From: Camelus ferus
Lineage: Eukaryota
Assembly (NCBI RefSeq): GCF_009834535.1
Contig: NC_045697.1
Location: 108,130,001-108,194,000, forward strand
Length of the DNA stretch: 64,000 nt
Reading direction: 5' to 3'
Positions within the stretch are counted from its first letter, which is position 1; the number at the start of each line of letters is the position of its first letter. Below are positions 1 through 12,296 of the stretch, one piece after another. Under the pieces are notes generated by a model. It saw nothing but the letters and a program-made list of their open reading frames with translations, was not told where the DNA came from and made no database searches. A program made the translations under genes and the position numbers.

Positions 1-1260
1 TTCTCAGAACACAGTTCCCTGGGGCCACAAGCTGCCCTGGGTATCCTGTCCTGAAGCTTCCTGCTCAATCATTTGGAGACTCAGCACTTCAGCGGGCCGC
101 ACTGCAAAAGGAAGAAAAAGCCCCTAGGTGTACAGCTGCCAAGCCAGGCCACCCTACCCCTGCTGCAGCACAGGGATGCCCAAGGTTGGTCATGCAGCCG
201 AGCGAGAGCAGACCTCGGAGGCAGCTGTAAGCGAGGGGGCAGCCAGGCGACTCCTTCCCTCCTTCCTCTCCTCTGCACCTCCCTCGGCCTCTCGGAAGGC
301 TTTCAGGAAGATGCCCCCTCTCCCTGCTTTCCCCATGTGTTGGTGAGGATTCTTAGCCCCCTTGGCGTGAAAAAGAAAAGCGATGTTCTTTACATCAATA
401 TAACATCTCATGATTTTAGGAGCATTTTTTAAAAAATCTACTTACCAAAACTGAGTGCACTTAAGGCATAAGATGGAGATGAGGCGGGAGGAATCACAAA
501 ACTTGGTTACGTCTCTTATAATCACAGAATTTGTCTCGTCCTGTTGGTCTCTCTGTTAACATAGTTTGGATCTGATTCTGGTGCCCCTTTTTGTCCTTAC
601 AGCCGAATTCCTTCTGTGCTGTTAGCTGGGTGCAACCGTCTTCTCGCTCCCCCGCCCCCCAGCAAACGCTACAGCCGAAGATCATTCTGCAACTGCTGAC
701 TTCACTCAGTGTGGTGATACATGCCACCGCTATTTCCCCTCTCTTCCTCCTCCTCCCCTTCCCTTCTTCTCCCTTCCATCCCTGCCCCACTGCTAAATAT
801 TATTTGCTGTCATCAGCACCCCCATCACATCTATGCTCTCCCTGTATCTCGGGGATGGGGTGAAGCCTGGAAACCATACATCCCAGCCTCCTTAGCTTCC
901 TGGTGAGAAGCCGTCCAGGGAGATTTGGAAGGCAGGAAAGGGGCTCCCCCTCCTCCGGAAGAAGTATGGCAGACATACGGGCTGCAGCGGGTATGAGTTT
1001 TAGCAGTGGACCCCATGTCCCACTGTCAGCCACAACATCAGGTCCAGGGGAAGCTATGAAGTCCGTGGCAGTTTCCTGCAATTTCCTGATCTGGGATTTG
1101 AGGACCACCGTGGTTATCTCTGGAGCGTGGCTGTTACAGCATAGTCTAAAAACTGTGAAGGGGGGGCGTCGTTCCCCTAAATTCCCTCCCTTTTGCGCAG
1201 CCAGCAATTTTGCTCACACTTCATTCTCTTCCTGCCTGCGATACCTCTTTCTGCTTAAAA
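1..1260. promoter_or_regulatory. Candidate promoter / first-exon region (moderately GC- and CpG-rich, repeat-free)
   Basis: Visibly more CpG than the flanks (e.g. 93-99, 198-248, 1186-1199), a CCCCCGCCCCCC GC box at 649-660, no interspersed repeat until 1285, and an adjacent splice donor. Confidence 0.45.
446..760 (-). other. Probable non-coding 5' (first) exon of a minus-strand gene whose body lies left of the window; 5' boundary uncertain
   Basis: Minus strand reads ...CAGTTTTG|GTAAGTAG (plus-strand acttac at 440-445), a consensus U2 donor. The surrounding sequence is repeat-free and relatively CpG-retaining, with a GC box at 649-660 and a purine-rich tract at about 735-785. I found no recognisable protein ORF running into the donor. 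Confidence 0.55.
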
Positions 1261-1284
1261 TTCAACCTCTTTTTGCTGGAAATA

Positions 1285-1459
1285 CAGCCGTGGTTCTCAG
1301 AGTGGTCCTGGTCCAGCAGTGTCACCATCATCTAAGAATCTGTTAGAAATGCAAATTTCTGGCTCTGCCCCAGACCTACTGAATCAAAACGTCCCTCAGT
1401 CTGTGTTTTAACAGGCCCTCCAGGCGGTTCTGAGGCACACTCAAGTGTGAGAACTGCTG
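1285..1459 (+). mobile_element. MER5A-like hAT-Charlie MITE
   Basis: Termini CAGCCGTGGTTCTCA...TGAGAACTGCTG; internal gttagaaatgcaaattt...ccccagacctactgaatca...tgtgttttaacaggccctccagg typical of MER5A. Confidence 0.85.
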
Positions 1460-1539
1460 TTCTATAGGGGTATTTATTTTCCTGTCATAAACTGATTGAT
1501 GTTCACACACCTTCTCAAGGTGTGTCTTTTTTTTTTTAT

Positions 1540-2000
1540 AATATAAAAACATATTGCTTTTTTATTAAAACATTATTTTTATTACATAAAAATATAAAGT
1601 ACTGTGTTTATTGTAGAAAATTTGGAAAATAGAAAAAGTGTGAATAGGGAAAAGAACTCACAAAGTTCCACCATTGAGAGTTAACTGTGTTAACCTTTGG
1701 GTTTCCCTCCTTTCAGTCGTCTCTCTGTACACCTATTTATGTGTGCAGTTATGTAAGTGGTCTGTTTTGCATCTGTTTTGTATTCATACACCGTTATATA
1801 AGGGACATTTCTCTGTGTCATTAAATATGCTTATTTAAAGCCTACTTAGAGTTCCTTGTTATGGAAGTACTATAATTAATTAGCCGTTCTCCTATCGAAG
1901 GATGTTGATGCTGTTTCTGGGCTTTGCTATTATAAATGAATGCTACATTGGACATTCTTAAATAGAATCTTGTCCCATTCCTGGTTGTCTCATTGGCATG
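1540..2000 (-). mobile_element. Old L1 (L1ME-like) 3' UTR fragment
   Basis: Degenerate antisense motifs (ttattgtagaaaatttggaaaatag; gatgctgtttctgggctttgctattataaatgaatgctac). Confidence 0.6.
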
Positions 2001-2654
2001 AAAAGACAAATTAGGATACGGATGAGAACAGAGATTTAGACAGGATAGGGCTGGTCTCTCTCTAAGCAATGGCTCCTTGTACGTGGAAATAAAGTAGAGA
2101 CCTTATGGAACTTACCAGGTAGGTAGGGTGTCAAGATAGACAAGGAGAGGAGATTTAAAAAGTTGCTTCTTCTTACTTCTGAGCCTCAGTGAGGGTTGTA
2201 AGAGCAGAAACGTTTTAGAAGGAAGTGGAAGCAAAATGAAGCAAAGCAAGTGATTGTGCTCTTGTTCTAGAAACCCTTCCCCAAAGGTGGTGCGTGCTGG
2301 TGCTGGCTGTTCATAAGGGCTCAAGACTCAGCTCAAACTCGTCTCTCAGCCTGAGCCATGGCATGAACCAGGGGAGGCTGGTCCATTCTTCCACGGCTCT
2401 CGGGATGTCCATCTCTGCTGGATGGGCTGAGGGCTTCCTTAGAAATCCCGCCTGAGGTCTGGGCACATGATAGGTGTTTCAGTGATATTTGCTGACTGAA
2501 TAAGAATGGAAAAAAAAAAAGGATGAACAGAATGTTTCTAAAAGCCCAGACATGCATGGTGTGATCTCAAATGTCACGTGATTTAGGGATTCCCTTTAAA
2601 ATCTCATGCTTAAAAAATGGATTTGCATCCCAACGTGCATGAAACAAAGGGGCT

Positions 2655-2773
2655 TTTTTTCAAAGAGTAATTAGGTTTCTGTATTTATTTTTTAATGGAG
2701 GTACTGGAGATTGAACCTAGGATCTTGTGCGTGCTAAGCATGCGCTCTACCCCTGAACTATAACCTCTCCCCC
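2655..2773 (-). mobile_element. tRNA-derived camelid-type SINE (vic-1-like), long form
   Basis: Minus strand reads GGGGAGAGGTTATAGTTCAGGGGTAGAGCGCATGCTTAGCACGCACAAGATCCTAGGTTCAATCTCCAGTACCTCC with A/B boxes, followed by an A-rich tail containing AAACCTAATTAC. Confidence 0.9.
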
Positions 2774-2809
2774 AAAAAGGGATATACTTCTTTTTTCTGC
2801 TCTGGGTCT

Positions 2810-2960
2810 GTCTACAAATATTTACTGGAGATTGACCACATTCCTGGTATTGTTTTTGTGCAGGAAATAAAACAAGTTCTTCCTGCTTTCAGGGAGCTTA
2901 TATTTTATTTTGTGAAGACAGACAATAAACATTCAGACAAATCAATCGTGCTATGAGGAA
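2810..2960 (-). mobile_element. L2 3' fragment
   Basis: acaaatatttactg...cttcctgctttcagggagcttatatttt...agacagacaataaaca matches antisense L2 3' end. Confidence 0.65.
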
Positions 2961-2998
2961 GTTAAGGGTTTAGCCCTACAGCATGATTATGAGAGCGG

Positions 2999-3222
2999 AC
3001 ACTGGTTTGTGGTATATTTGAAAGTTACTGAGAGGGTAGATCCAAAAAGGTCTCATCACAAGGAAAATAATTCTTTTTCTTTGTAACTATATAAGGTGAT
3101 GGATGTTAATTAAACTTATTGTGGCAATCAATTCGCAATAAATATGCCAAGTCACTATGCTGTACCCCTTAAATTTGTACAGAGCTGCATGTCAATTATA
3201 TCTCAATAAAACTTGAAAAAAG
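2999..3222 (+). mobile_element. L1 (L1MA-like) 3' end with A tail
   Basis: tgaaagttactgagagggtagat...ctcatcacaagg...gtgatggatgttaattaaac...atgtcaattatatctcaataaaacttgaaaaaa. Confidence 0.85.
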
Positions 3223-3584
3223 AAGAGTTTAGTTTGAAACACAGTGACCAGAATGGTGAGAGGTGTTACATTCTTTTGTCATTTCAAAGTTCCCCCTACA
3301 GCAGTAGAGTCTCTGTGGAGGGAGATAGTTGTCCTGCCTTAAATTCATTTGCAAACCAGTGAGCCAGAATCTCAGCACAGCTTTCAACTCTGACCCTATA
3401 GTGGATGTTGTAGGCTTGGACAGAGCCATAGATTTTATGCCTTAAGAGACTTCACATGTTAGCGCCCTGGATCTAGTGATATGGGGTGTGTCTAGGTCTT
3501 GGCATGACTTGATTAGAAATGAAACGGTATTTCAATAAATAGGTAGTCAGTATAATCAAGAACAATATACTTAAGAACACTTAG

Positions 3585-3880
3585 CTGTGGTGGTAACCAG
3601 GATCATCTCCCATGCCAATTCTTGTCAATTGGTAGGGATGGTTTGGAACACTGTCTTGAGAATTCCAGTTTCTGAAGAAAGTAGAGGTAAGATGAAGCAA
3701 AGTGAGCAATTACTCTTTTGACACCCTAGGAATCTAAAAATAGTATGTTTTGAGGCTAATGAATGCTGTGGTTTATGAATACACAGGGACTTACCCCAAC
3801 TACTTTTTCTGTCTGATCCAAGACATCAGGCAGTGGGAAAGGGTGCAGTGATTGATTGGTGATGTCTGCCATGAGCCCAG
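3585..3880 (+). mobile_element. Ancient mammalian repeat, MamRep605-like
   Basis: catctcccatgccaattcttgtcaattggtagggatggtttggaacactgtcttgaga and gattggtgatgtctgccatg resemble my recollection of this consensus. Confidence 0.4.
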
Positions 3881-4199
3881 TAATAAGTACAGTGGTCCAA
3901 CTGCTACTCTAGTCCCATGGATGAATGTGTTGAGTCCTGTCCAGCCCCAATCCACAACTGAACATAACTTTTCAGTAACCGCACAAGGCTTAGGAAATTA
4001 AGTATTATGCCAAAATGTCCAAAGTACAGTATTCCTATAGTGAATAGGAAAGCCTTAATGGCTTATGGGAGTAGCATGGAATATTAGAAAGGCCATTGGA
4101 CTTCTTGATGTCATAGTCCCTACAGTCCAGGTTTTTTGAAATGCTTGCAGACTGCATGAACTTTAGAAGGTCAGCTTCTTGTGTTAAGCATCAGCGTCT

Positions 4200-4312
4200 T
4201 TATATATACATAATATTTATATAAATATTATTTTATAATAATTATGTATAATTTATATTAACATATAAATTATATTATTATACACATATTTTGTGTAACT
4301 ATATATTATATT
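4200..4312. repeat. AT-rich low-complexity (TA-like) tract
   Basis: Nearly pure A/T with degenerate TATA repeats. Confidence 0.85.
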
Positions 4313-4388
4313 TCAGCCTAATAATACCCATTCTTCCTACGTCACAGGGGTTTTATGAAGATCAAACAAGATCATGCGTGGGAGAGCA

Positions 4389-5145
4389 TTTTCTTCTCTT
4401 TTTTTACTGAAGTATATAGTTGATTACAATGCTGTGTCAGTTTCTGGTGTACAACATAGTGATTTGATTATACATTTATATACATATTCTTTTTTATTAT
4501 AGGTTATTACAAGATATTGAATATAGTTTCCTGTGCTATCCAGTAGGACCTTGTTGTTTATCTAGTTTATATACAGTATTTTTTATCTGCAAATCTCACA
4601 CTCCAAATTTATCTCTCCTCCCCACCCCCTTTCTGCTTTGTTAGCCATAAGTTTGTTTTCTATGTCTGCGAGTTGTTTCTGTTTTGTAAATAAGTTCATT
4701 TGTATCTTTTAAAAAATATTCCACATATAAGTAATAATATGCAATATTTGTCTTTCTCTGTCTGACTTACTTCACTTAGTAAGATAATCTCTAGGTCCAT
4801 TTATATTGCTTCAAATGGCATTATTTCATTCTTTCTTATGGTTGAGTAGTATTCTATTGTATATATATATACACCACATCTTTTTTTATCCAGTCCTCTG
4901 TTGATGGACGTTTAGGTTGTTTCCATGTCTTTGGCTATTGTTAATAGTGCTGTGTGAACATTGGGGTGCAGGTGTCTTTTTGAATTACAGTTGTTCTCCA
5001 GATATATGCTCAGGAGTGGGATTGCTGGATCATCTGGTAAGTCTGTTTTTAGTTTTTTAAGGAATCTCTATAGTGTTCTCCATAGTGGCTGTACCAAACT
5101 ACATTCCCACAAACAGCGTGGGAGAGTTCCCTTTTCTCCACACCC
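4389..5145 (-). mobile_element. Cetartiodactyl-type L1, 5'-truncated (ORF2 end + 3' UTR), inserted into a MIR
   Basis: Poly-T followed by antisense L1 3' UTR and ORF2 C-terminus (ggattgctggatcatctggtaag...cccttttctccacaccc). MIR-like sequence lies on both sides (4325-4388 and 5160-5192), with a degenerate TSD ggagagcattttct / ggagaactctttct. Confidence 0.92.
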
Positions 5146-6142
5146 AGGAGAACTCTTTCTTAAAAGCAGGGCAAAAACCAGCTACCATCATTAGTGTGCT
5201 GGTTACAGTGAAGCTGCTTCTTTCCTCCCCTACCTTCTAGTCTCTTTTTCAAAGAGATAGCCATTTAAGCACCAGAAAGAGCAGTTCAGTTTCTAGGTTG
5301 CATGCTTCTCTTAGTGAAATGATTTAAAGCCATGTGTAAATAGCACATACATTTATTATGACTTGGGTCCAAATTGAGGGTGTGTCTATATACGCACATG
5401 TGCAATCTCCTCTCTGCAGCAAACCGTGAAAAACACTGCAGCCTCATAAAAAACAAAGCTACTTTCTTCCCAACTCCTGACAGCTCAAATGGACTTGAAA
5501 TAAATGGGCAAGATTCACTCCACACACCTGTGCAGTGGAGTTTTTCTGAATCAGACAAATCTTGAGTCTCTCAGGAAACGTCAGCCCAGAGAGTGATGCT
5601 CGCACTCCTGGTATTTCGAAGCCTGACTGCTTCCTGGTGATTTACCCAGGCAGCTCTCTGGGCACAAGTGTGTGGAATCTCTATTTATTCACTCCGGAGA
5701 AACACACAAACAAAAGTTAGCCCTGAGACCAAGTTCATCAAAAAGTTTTTAATAGAGCACTTGAAGGACCCGAGGCGAGCCCTTGGAGCTGTAACCAGGT
5801 GACACAAATCATTTTCAGCCTCGTTAGCGAATACAGAGGATGCTGCGGCAGGAGATTACTTCCTGTGTAATTCAGCTGCATGTCACCACCCCAGCATTTA
5901 GTCATCTTGGGGCTTGGAATCCCATCTGTAAGGCCAGTTGTTAGAACTGGTGGGACAAGACGGCTTCCTTTCCTTATTTATGAGAAGAGAGAGAGAGAAA
6001 AAAAGTCAAGAGAGCCCTGTGGTTATAGCTGGGGATTAAGAAAAATCAAATAATCCTCTAGGCTTTTAGTATTTGAAAGAGGCCACATGGCTGATGTGGG
6101 AGGGCCTATTGCTTTCACGTTCATGAAGGAAAGGCATTTTGG

Positions 6143-6187
6143 GTGTGTGTGTATGTGTGTGTGTGTGTGTGTTTCTTTGTGTGTGTA
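6143..6187. repeat. (TG)n microsatellite
   Basis: Direct inspection. Confidence 0.95.
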
Positions 6188-6619
6188 TTCCAGGTCTTGA
6201 AGCTACTCTCTAAGTGTGAAGGGAGAGCTTGGGAAGCATCAATTCCATTGGCCAACCAGGCAGTGCTGTACTTTCTAGTCCATAGCATGCCTTGTGGGAA
6301 TTAGAAAAGGCACACCACACTCAAGACTTCTTACTTCCAACTGCTGGACAATTGTCATAATATGCTGAATATTTTCAAACAGGACACTTTATGGCCACCT
6401 GTCAGAAAACTCATGATACAAATGTAAATCTACAGTGTCTTCAAAGTGAAGGTCACCTCTTTGGATGTGCTGTTCTTTCATGTCACATGACCTAAACAAT
6501 TGTACATGTTGGCACCGCCATCCATGCAACATGTAGCAAACTACTGGGGAAAACTGACTTGCTAGGTGGAATAAACACTCATTCAGAACCAGCTTGTAAC
6601 ATACCCTAAAATAATTTCC

Positions 6620-7330
6620 TTGTGATGTAAATAGCCAAATTTAAAAAATAGCAATACAAATTAGATGATATATTTGCATAGAAAGGGATTTTAAAACATA
6701 AAGATAATTTTTAAAATTACTGAAGAAGATAGATGTGTCTCCTAAAAGTCTAAAACATCAGTAAGTATGTCAAAAAAAGCACTGTATGTCAAGTTTAAAA
6801 CACAACTGAGAAAAAAAGTCTTTCACAAATATGGTAAAATAATTAATATTCTTAATAAGCTGATAACACTTTGATTAGGGGAAAAAAAGACCTCAAAACA
6901 ATAGGAACACTATTGTGAATTATTGACAGAAGAGGCAATCAATTAGCTAATAAAATGTTTAGCCTTATTAGAGGTCAATAAAATAATTAAAATGCCCACT
7001 AAATACTCTTTTATCAAATTAAAAAATATTTAAAATGGCTCAACTTAATGCTAGTATAGCGTTAGAGTGTTAATGTGTACAACACTTCTGCAAAGCTATA
7101 TGGTATTTTGTATTAAGAATCTTTCAACCAACAATGCCATTCCTAGCATTCCACAATCAGATCATCAGAAATATGGAAATATAACAGTAGGACAAAGGTT
7201 AAATAAATTATGATAAATTCATAGAAGTATGAATTTTGTAACTCTCAGAAGTGAAACTTAGGGAAAAATTTATGTCATGGGGAAGCACCCCTAAAAATAT
7301 CAACTGAAAAAATAGGATGAACAACTGTGT
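6620..7330 (+). mobile_element. Old L1 (L1ME-like) ORF2-end/3' UTR remnant
   Basis: A-rich degenerate L1 motifs (aattagctaataaaatgtttagccttattag; gtacaacacttctgcaaagctatatgg; ggttaaataaattatgataaattcata). Confidence 0.65.
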
Positions 7331-7334
7331 GTCT

Positions 7335-7482
7335 TGGGGATTCTCAAAGTTGAGATTGGTGGATGGGCTTCAAAGGATCTGAAACTTTTGGTGTATACGT
7401 ATTTCTTTCTGAGATAAGTTTCTTTGGTTTATACCTGGTACTCCAAGACATCCAAGATCCAAAGGAGACAAGAAGTCCTAGG
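7335..7482 (+). mobile_element. MER103C-like hAT-Charlie MITE
   Basis: gattctcaaag...tggatgggcttcaaagga...tgtatacgtatttctttctgag...aagaagtcctag resembles MER103C layout. Confidence 0.5.
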
Positions 7483-8331
7483 AGAGTGAAACTGAGCCCA
7501 AACCACCGACTCCTGGCACGAACACTCCTCCCATCCCCTCACGCTGCCCTGACCTATAATGTGCCAAGAACTGTACCAGCAGCTATCAGATCCAATGACA
7601 AGTGAGAGCTGATATGGTTCATATTCTCAGGCAACTCAGTCCAGCTGAAAATGTGGATGTTAAAATAATCCTACAGATCCACGCATGACGATAAAATGGA
7701 CAAGCGCTTTGAAGCAGAATTTCGAGGTGCAAGGGCACTTCTCACATGGGATGATGAATGTGTGTCTAGTGTTTAGAATAGCACCTGGCAACAACAGTGA
7801 GGGCACAACGGATGTCTCACAGGGCAGGGATTTCACAAATGACCATCCTCTGCAAGACGGGGGGCTGGGATAACAGCTTTTTTGTGGAACTGATTTTAAT
7901 ATCTGATTCTGAGACCCAGCTTGCCCACCTAGCCAACAATGTCAAACAAACACATACAGGTTAATCAGTCCAATCTGGTGACTTCCAATGCCAAACTCTT
8001 TAAGACTCATGGCCTGGGGGAAGCTATGGAGGTGCAGTCACCTCCCTGCCTGTGATGGGTCCCCTCCGGGTCCCCCACTTGCCTCTTCGGGCAGCCTATA
8101 GAGACTGAATGTCAACTCCTTCCCCCTACTAATATTTAGATCTCTTTCTAGAGCCTGAAAGACTTATTTATGCCCTCCACACTGCTTTCGAGGTGGGACT
8201 TGTCATGTCCAAGTGCAGCCTCGGCAGCCTCTCTGGCTGGTCCCACACCTGGGGTGTGGGGTGGGCCTGCAATGCTTCCCTGCCCAAGGCATAACCAGGA
8301 CAGGGCCCACCAGGCTATCTTCTCTCAGATG

Positions 8332-9754
8332 CTCAGCTGGCCTCATGGGTGTGCGACCCCAGCAGTCCCAAGGGCTCCATGCTCAGGAGGGCCCATACTT
8401 GGTCTAATGCACTGCTATCACTGTCTTGAAATTCTTAATCGTTTGATCTTCAACCTGTGTTTTGTCAGTAAAGTAATATGTGCCCATGTGCAGAGGGGAG
8501 ATGCGATTTCTTCCTGCCCCGTTCGCAGACATTGTTCACCATCCCCGGTGAGCACAATGTTCAGGTGGATGGATCAGGATGAGCGGGAGCTGAGAGTGGA
8601 ACCATTGTCAACATCAAGTCTGTTAAGAACAAAGAGCTTCATTTGGAGTCTTAAAAAATTGCAGTTTGAGAGACATGGATTTGGGTAAAACTGAGAGTGT
8701 TCCAGGGAAGACAACAAGTCAGGGGCTTAAAAAGACAAAAACCCACAATGTTAAAGTTGCCTGGTGAGAACTGATTGACTCTGACACAAGTCAGGGAATA
8801 TCTGTCTTTAAGGAATCACGAGTTGTTGTAAGGTGGGGACCTGATAAGTACATGGACTTTCACCAATTATTTTAGGGTAAGTATCCTGGCAGATGTTCTG
8901 GATGTCCTGGTTAGGACAATAAGTGGTCAAAAGGTCAGATTCCAACTGGCCTGTGAGGTGCCTAAGTCCCATTTCCTCAATGGCCTCCCGGGTCTGTTTT
9001 AGAGAGCTCTCTTAGCAAGACTGACTCCATTTTGATCTTCCTTTCACAAGCGAGACTCAAGCAGGCACAAGGTAAGCGTGCTGCCTCTGTGATTAAGTGG
9101 GGGCTCTGGCATCCCTGAGAAGCCACGTGTTCCACTGGAACCAGACCTTGACATTGCAGGTAGAAAGACGGCAATGGCCTTCTAAAATCAAAGATGACCA
9201 AGGAAGACCATCGCATTCTTTCTTGCTCATGTTACTTCCCTGTGTTGACCCACCACTTGGTTGAAAATGAGGACATAGAAGGAGAGGGGAAGAGAACAGC
9301 CCATGGTTTCACCTGCCTTCGATCCTTCCTCACCCATCAGAAGCCAAAGGTAGAGGGGGTTGGGAGAGGGTGCTTATCAAGAAGAGAAATAAAACCAGTT
9401 GAGTTAGTTTGGTGCAGTGTTTCTGCTGCTCTGGAAAGAGTGAGATACACACGCATGTGCAAGCTATGATATCCAAATTGTGTCATTTCGATGATTCCGC
9501 ATACAAGTGCTTTAAATTTGCATTAAAACCCGGTATTACACAAGATCAAGCAGCATGGTAAAATTCAGGAAAAGAATTTAAAATTGTAATTTCTCTTTAC
9601 TTAGAACAGTAAATATCAAATAAATAATGCCATGACAAGCTGAGAGAGAGGCAGCAGAAGAAAAGTAAAAGCTATTTTTCCCCCTGTCCTTTTCAAATAA
9701 GGAGCCTACGTTTTCGTTTTGCCCTAAGCCTCACAAATTATATAGCTGGTCTTC
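8332..9754 (+). mobile_element. Long MER53-related hAT element (both ends present), interrupted by an LTR
   Basis: 5' end cctcatgggtgtgcgacc...gctcaggagggccc...cttggtctaatgc...gtcttgaaattcttaat and 3' end aaggagcctacgttttcgttttgccctaagcctcacaaattatatagctggtc match the two halves of MER53. Confidence 0.6.
8606..9048 (-). mobile_element. ERV1-class solo LTR
   Basis: Minus strand begins TGTGAAAGGAAGATCAAAATGGAGTCAGTCTTGCTAAG (ERV1 LTR-type start) and ends ...CA at about 8606-8621. Confidence 0.6.
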
Positions 9755-12296
9755 CTGATCCTCCAGACTTGTGGGGGCAGGATTCTCCTAATTCCTTCCC
9801 TACTTTTCCTGCCCCTGGGCAGAATGGGAAGAGATGGCGGTGGGGGACAAAAGTGTCACCCTGCTTTCTTTACTGTCTTTTTTTTCCCCAAAACTCAAAT
9901 CTCTTCCCTAAAACTCAAGTTTTCCCAGCCCTTGTTTCTAGCTTGTCCAGGGGAAAGATGGGAAGACCCAGCCTCAGTTGTCTCTTTACACTTCTGGGAA
10001 AATTGCTATTGCCTCTGGCTGGGAGCAGTGTCTTCTGAACTTGGTAATTAAGAGTCTGGGTCTCTGCTTTCAGGGCTGGCTTGTCTTAAGAGCTACTTGT
10101 TACATTTTCCACTTAAGCTGGAGATTTGGGGAGAGAGGGCTGGCCATGGGGCAAGAAGAATCCGACAGGGAGGAAGGGACACAGTTCACTGTGTTTCAGC
10201 CTCTCTTCTGCTGTGGACATGGAAACTTCATTAGCACGTACTGCACAGGGCCTGGCTCCCTTCCGGGTGGACTGCCGTGTAAGGCAGGCAGGGAGCATCT
10301 CGGGCGCCAGGAAGGAAGTCGGGAGGATCATTGCTCAGGGACAGAGACAGAAATCCCCCCAGCAGGGCTCTGCAAAGCTCCATCCTCCAAAAAAACATCA
10401 GTTTCAGGATCCTTCCTGGGAATTATTCCTTTCCAATGCACTTTTCAATTTCAGGCAATCGGCATATCTTTTATTCATTAAAAAGCTGAAATATCCTTGT
10501 GCGAGGGAGGCCCCAGAGGACAGCCGTGCTCCGGGTGGATGATGGATTTCTTTGCAATGCAGTTTAATCAGCAAGGCATCTCATGTATTTATGGTCAGGA
10601 GAGTTTTTCCTTGGGTGGGGAGTGAGGGCTGAGAGCTTTTGACTTGGGGCGCTGCAGAATCCAGGCTCAGGCCCAGGCCTCACAGAGGCTGCGGCCCTCT
10701 GCTTGTGAGCGGGAGCCCGAGGGCTAAGCCATTACCCCCTGTGACTGTCCCCAAGAGGCCAGCCAAGCGAGAGGGTCATTCCCCAGTTTCCCCTCTCAGG
10801 CCCAGAGAGCAGCGCCCACAGGTCACCATATAAGGGTTGAATTGTTCTCCGAGTGTAAAAAAGCCAGCTCTACACCAGCAGTTGGGAACCTTTCTGTGAG
10901 GAGGGTCTCTTTTTCTTTTGCTAGAATCTGAGACTCCGGAGGGGAGTGAAGGGAGAGAACCCCCTCCTGGGTCAGGTAGGGGGCGTAAGGAGCCTTGTAT
11001 CTGAGGCACTTCTGCTGGGGAGTCCTGGCTGACCAAGGCCACAGCCCCATCTGTGACCAACATAAAGCTTCCTGAGGCCCCCTGTGTAGAGGGCAGAGAG
11101 CGGGTGGGATTGCAGATATCCTTGAAAAAGGAAAATTCAAGCTTGGGATGGAAGAGCAGATACTGAGGGCGGACATCCTTCTATCAGGGGTTGGCCGAGA
11201 TGGCGCCTGGGCGTCCCCAGGCCAGGGAAGGCTGTCTGGGCTCTGGAGGAGAGCTCCGCTGTCGGCTGCCTCTTCCCTCCTCTTATTTCCCTTCCTCGCT
11301 CTGTTTCAGTCTACTAGTACTTTTGTGGGTCTGTTTCTTCTCCTGCCCAGGCTTTGCCACCCCTGGAGAGGCACTCAAAGGAGGCTCTCAGCAGGTGAGA
11401 AGAAGGCAAGAGATGAGGGAGGAGGTGGGATGGCAGGTGAGCAGGAGCAGACGCATGGGGTCAGGGTCTTTCGTGGGAGGGATCCCATCTCTGCCAGAGG
11501 TACAAAGACTCAACATCATTGTCTACATCTCCTTTCCCTCTGAAGCTTTTTGATTTTGTTGAAAACAAACAAATGAACAGACTCCCAGGGAGGAAAATCA
11601 TGTCACCTTCCCTAGCTGTTTAGTTTTGCCGACCACTTGCAGGGCTTTCTTCTTCCCACTCTCTACTTGTCTTCTCTAAAGTGTAGATGAGAAGGCAGGG
11701 CTGGGACAGTGGATGTGTCGGTCAGCGTAGTAGCCCAGGAGTATAAAGAAAGAACACGTGATGTTTGATGGAGTATATCTCTGAAAAGAGTGAAAAAAAT
11801 AAAACAAAACAAAAAACAAATCGAGGTGATCATAATCATTGCTATTGATTTCAAATCCAACATATTTCAGGGATATTCTACATGTTGTCTCACTGAGAGT
11901 CATTCTCTCCATGACTTTATCACCCCTGCAATGGAGAGGGACCCACTGACTAGGGGTCAAGAGGAAGTCAGCAGGTCCCTACGTAGTGAAAGAGAAGGAG
12001 AGACCAAAAAGAAATGTGGGGAGACAAGCTATGTGGTACCGGAAGGGGAACACATGCCATCCACAGCACCCTGCTCCTTTCTGTGCCTGTGAAAAGCACG
12101 TGAGCCCATCGCCACATTCAAGATGGAACTTGAATTTTCTTCCCCAGGCAACACTCCAGGCAGCTGTTACCAGTTGGTAAGAGCGGGCACTCAGTTCAAA
12201 ATTTATTTGCTGTTCTTAGTGCTGTAAGAAAATCAGACAGAAGTTTTACAAGGGGAATAGTCATGAGATGACTGGTGTGGTAGAGGGCCTGTTTGG

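Noticed and set aside
494..790. 98-aa minus-strand ORF as a main CDS
   Set aside because: The track's start at 790 is not an ATG (first ATG is at 685), and the ORF stops before the splice donor; treated only as a possible uORF.
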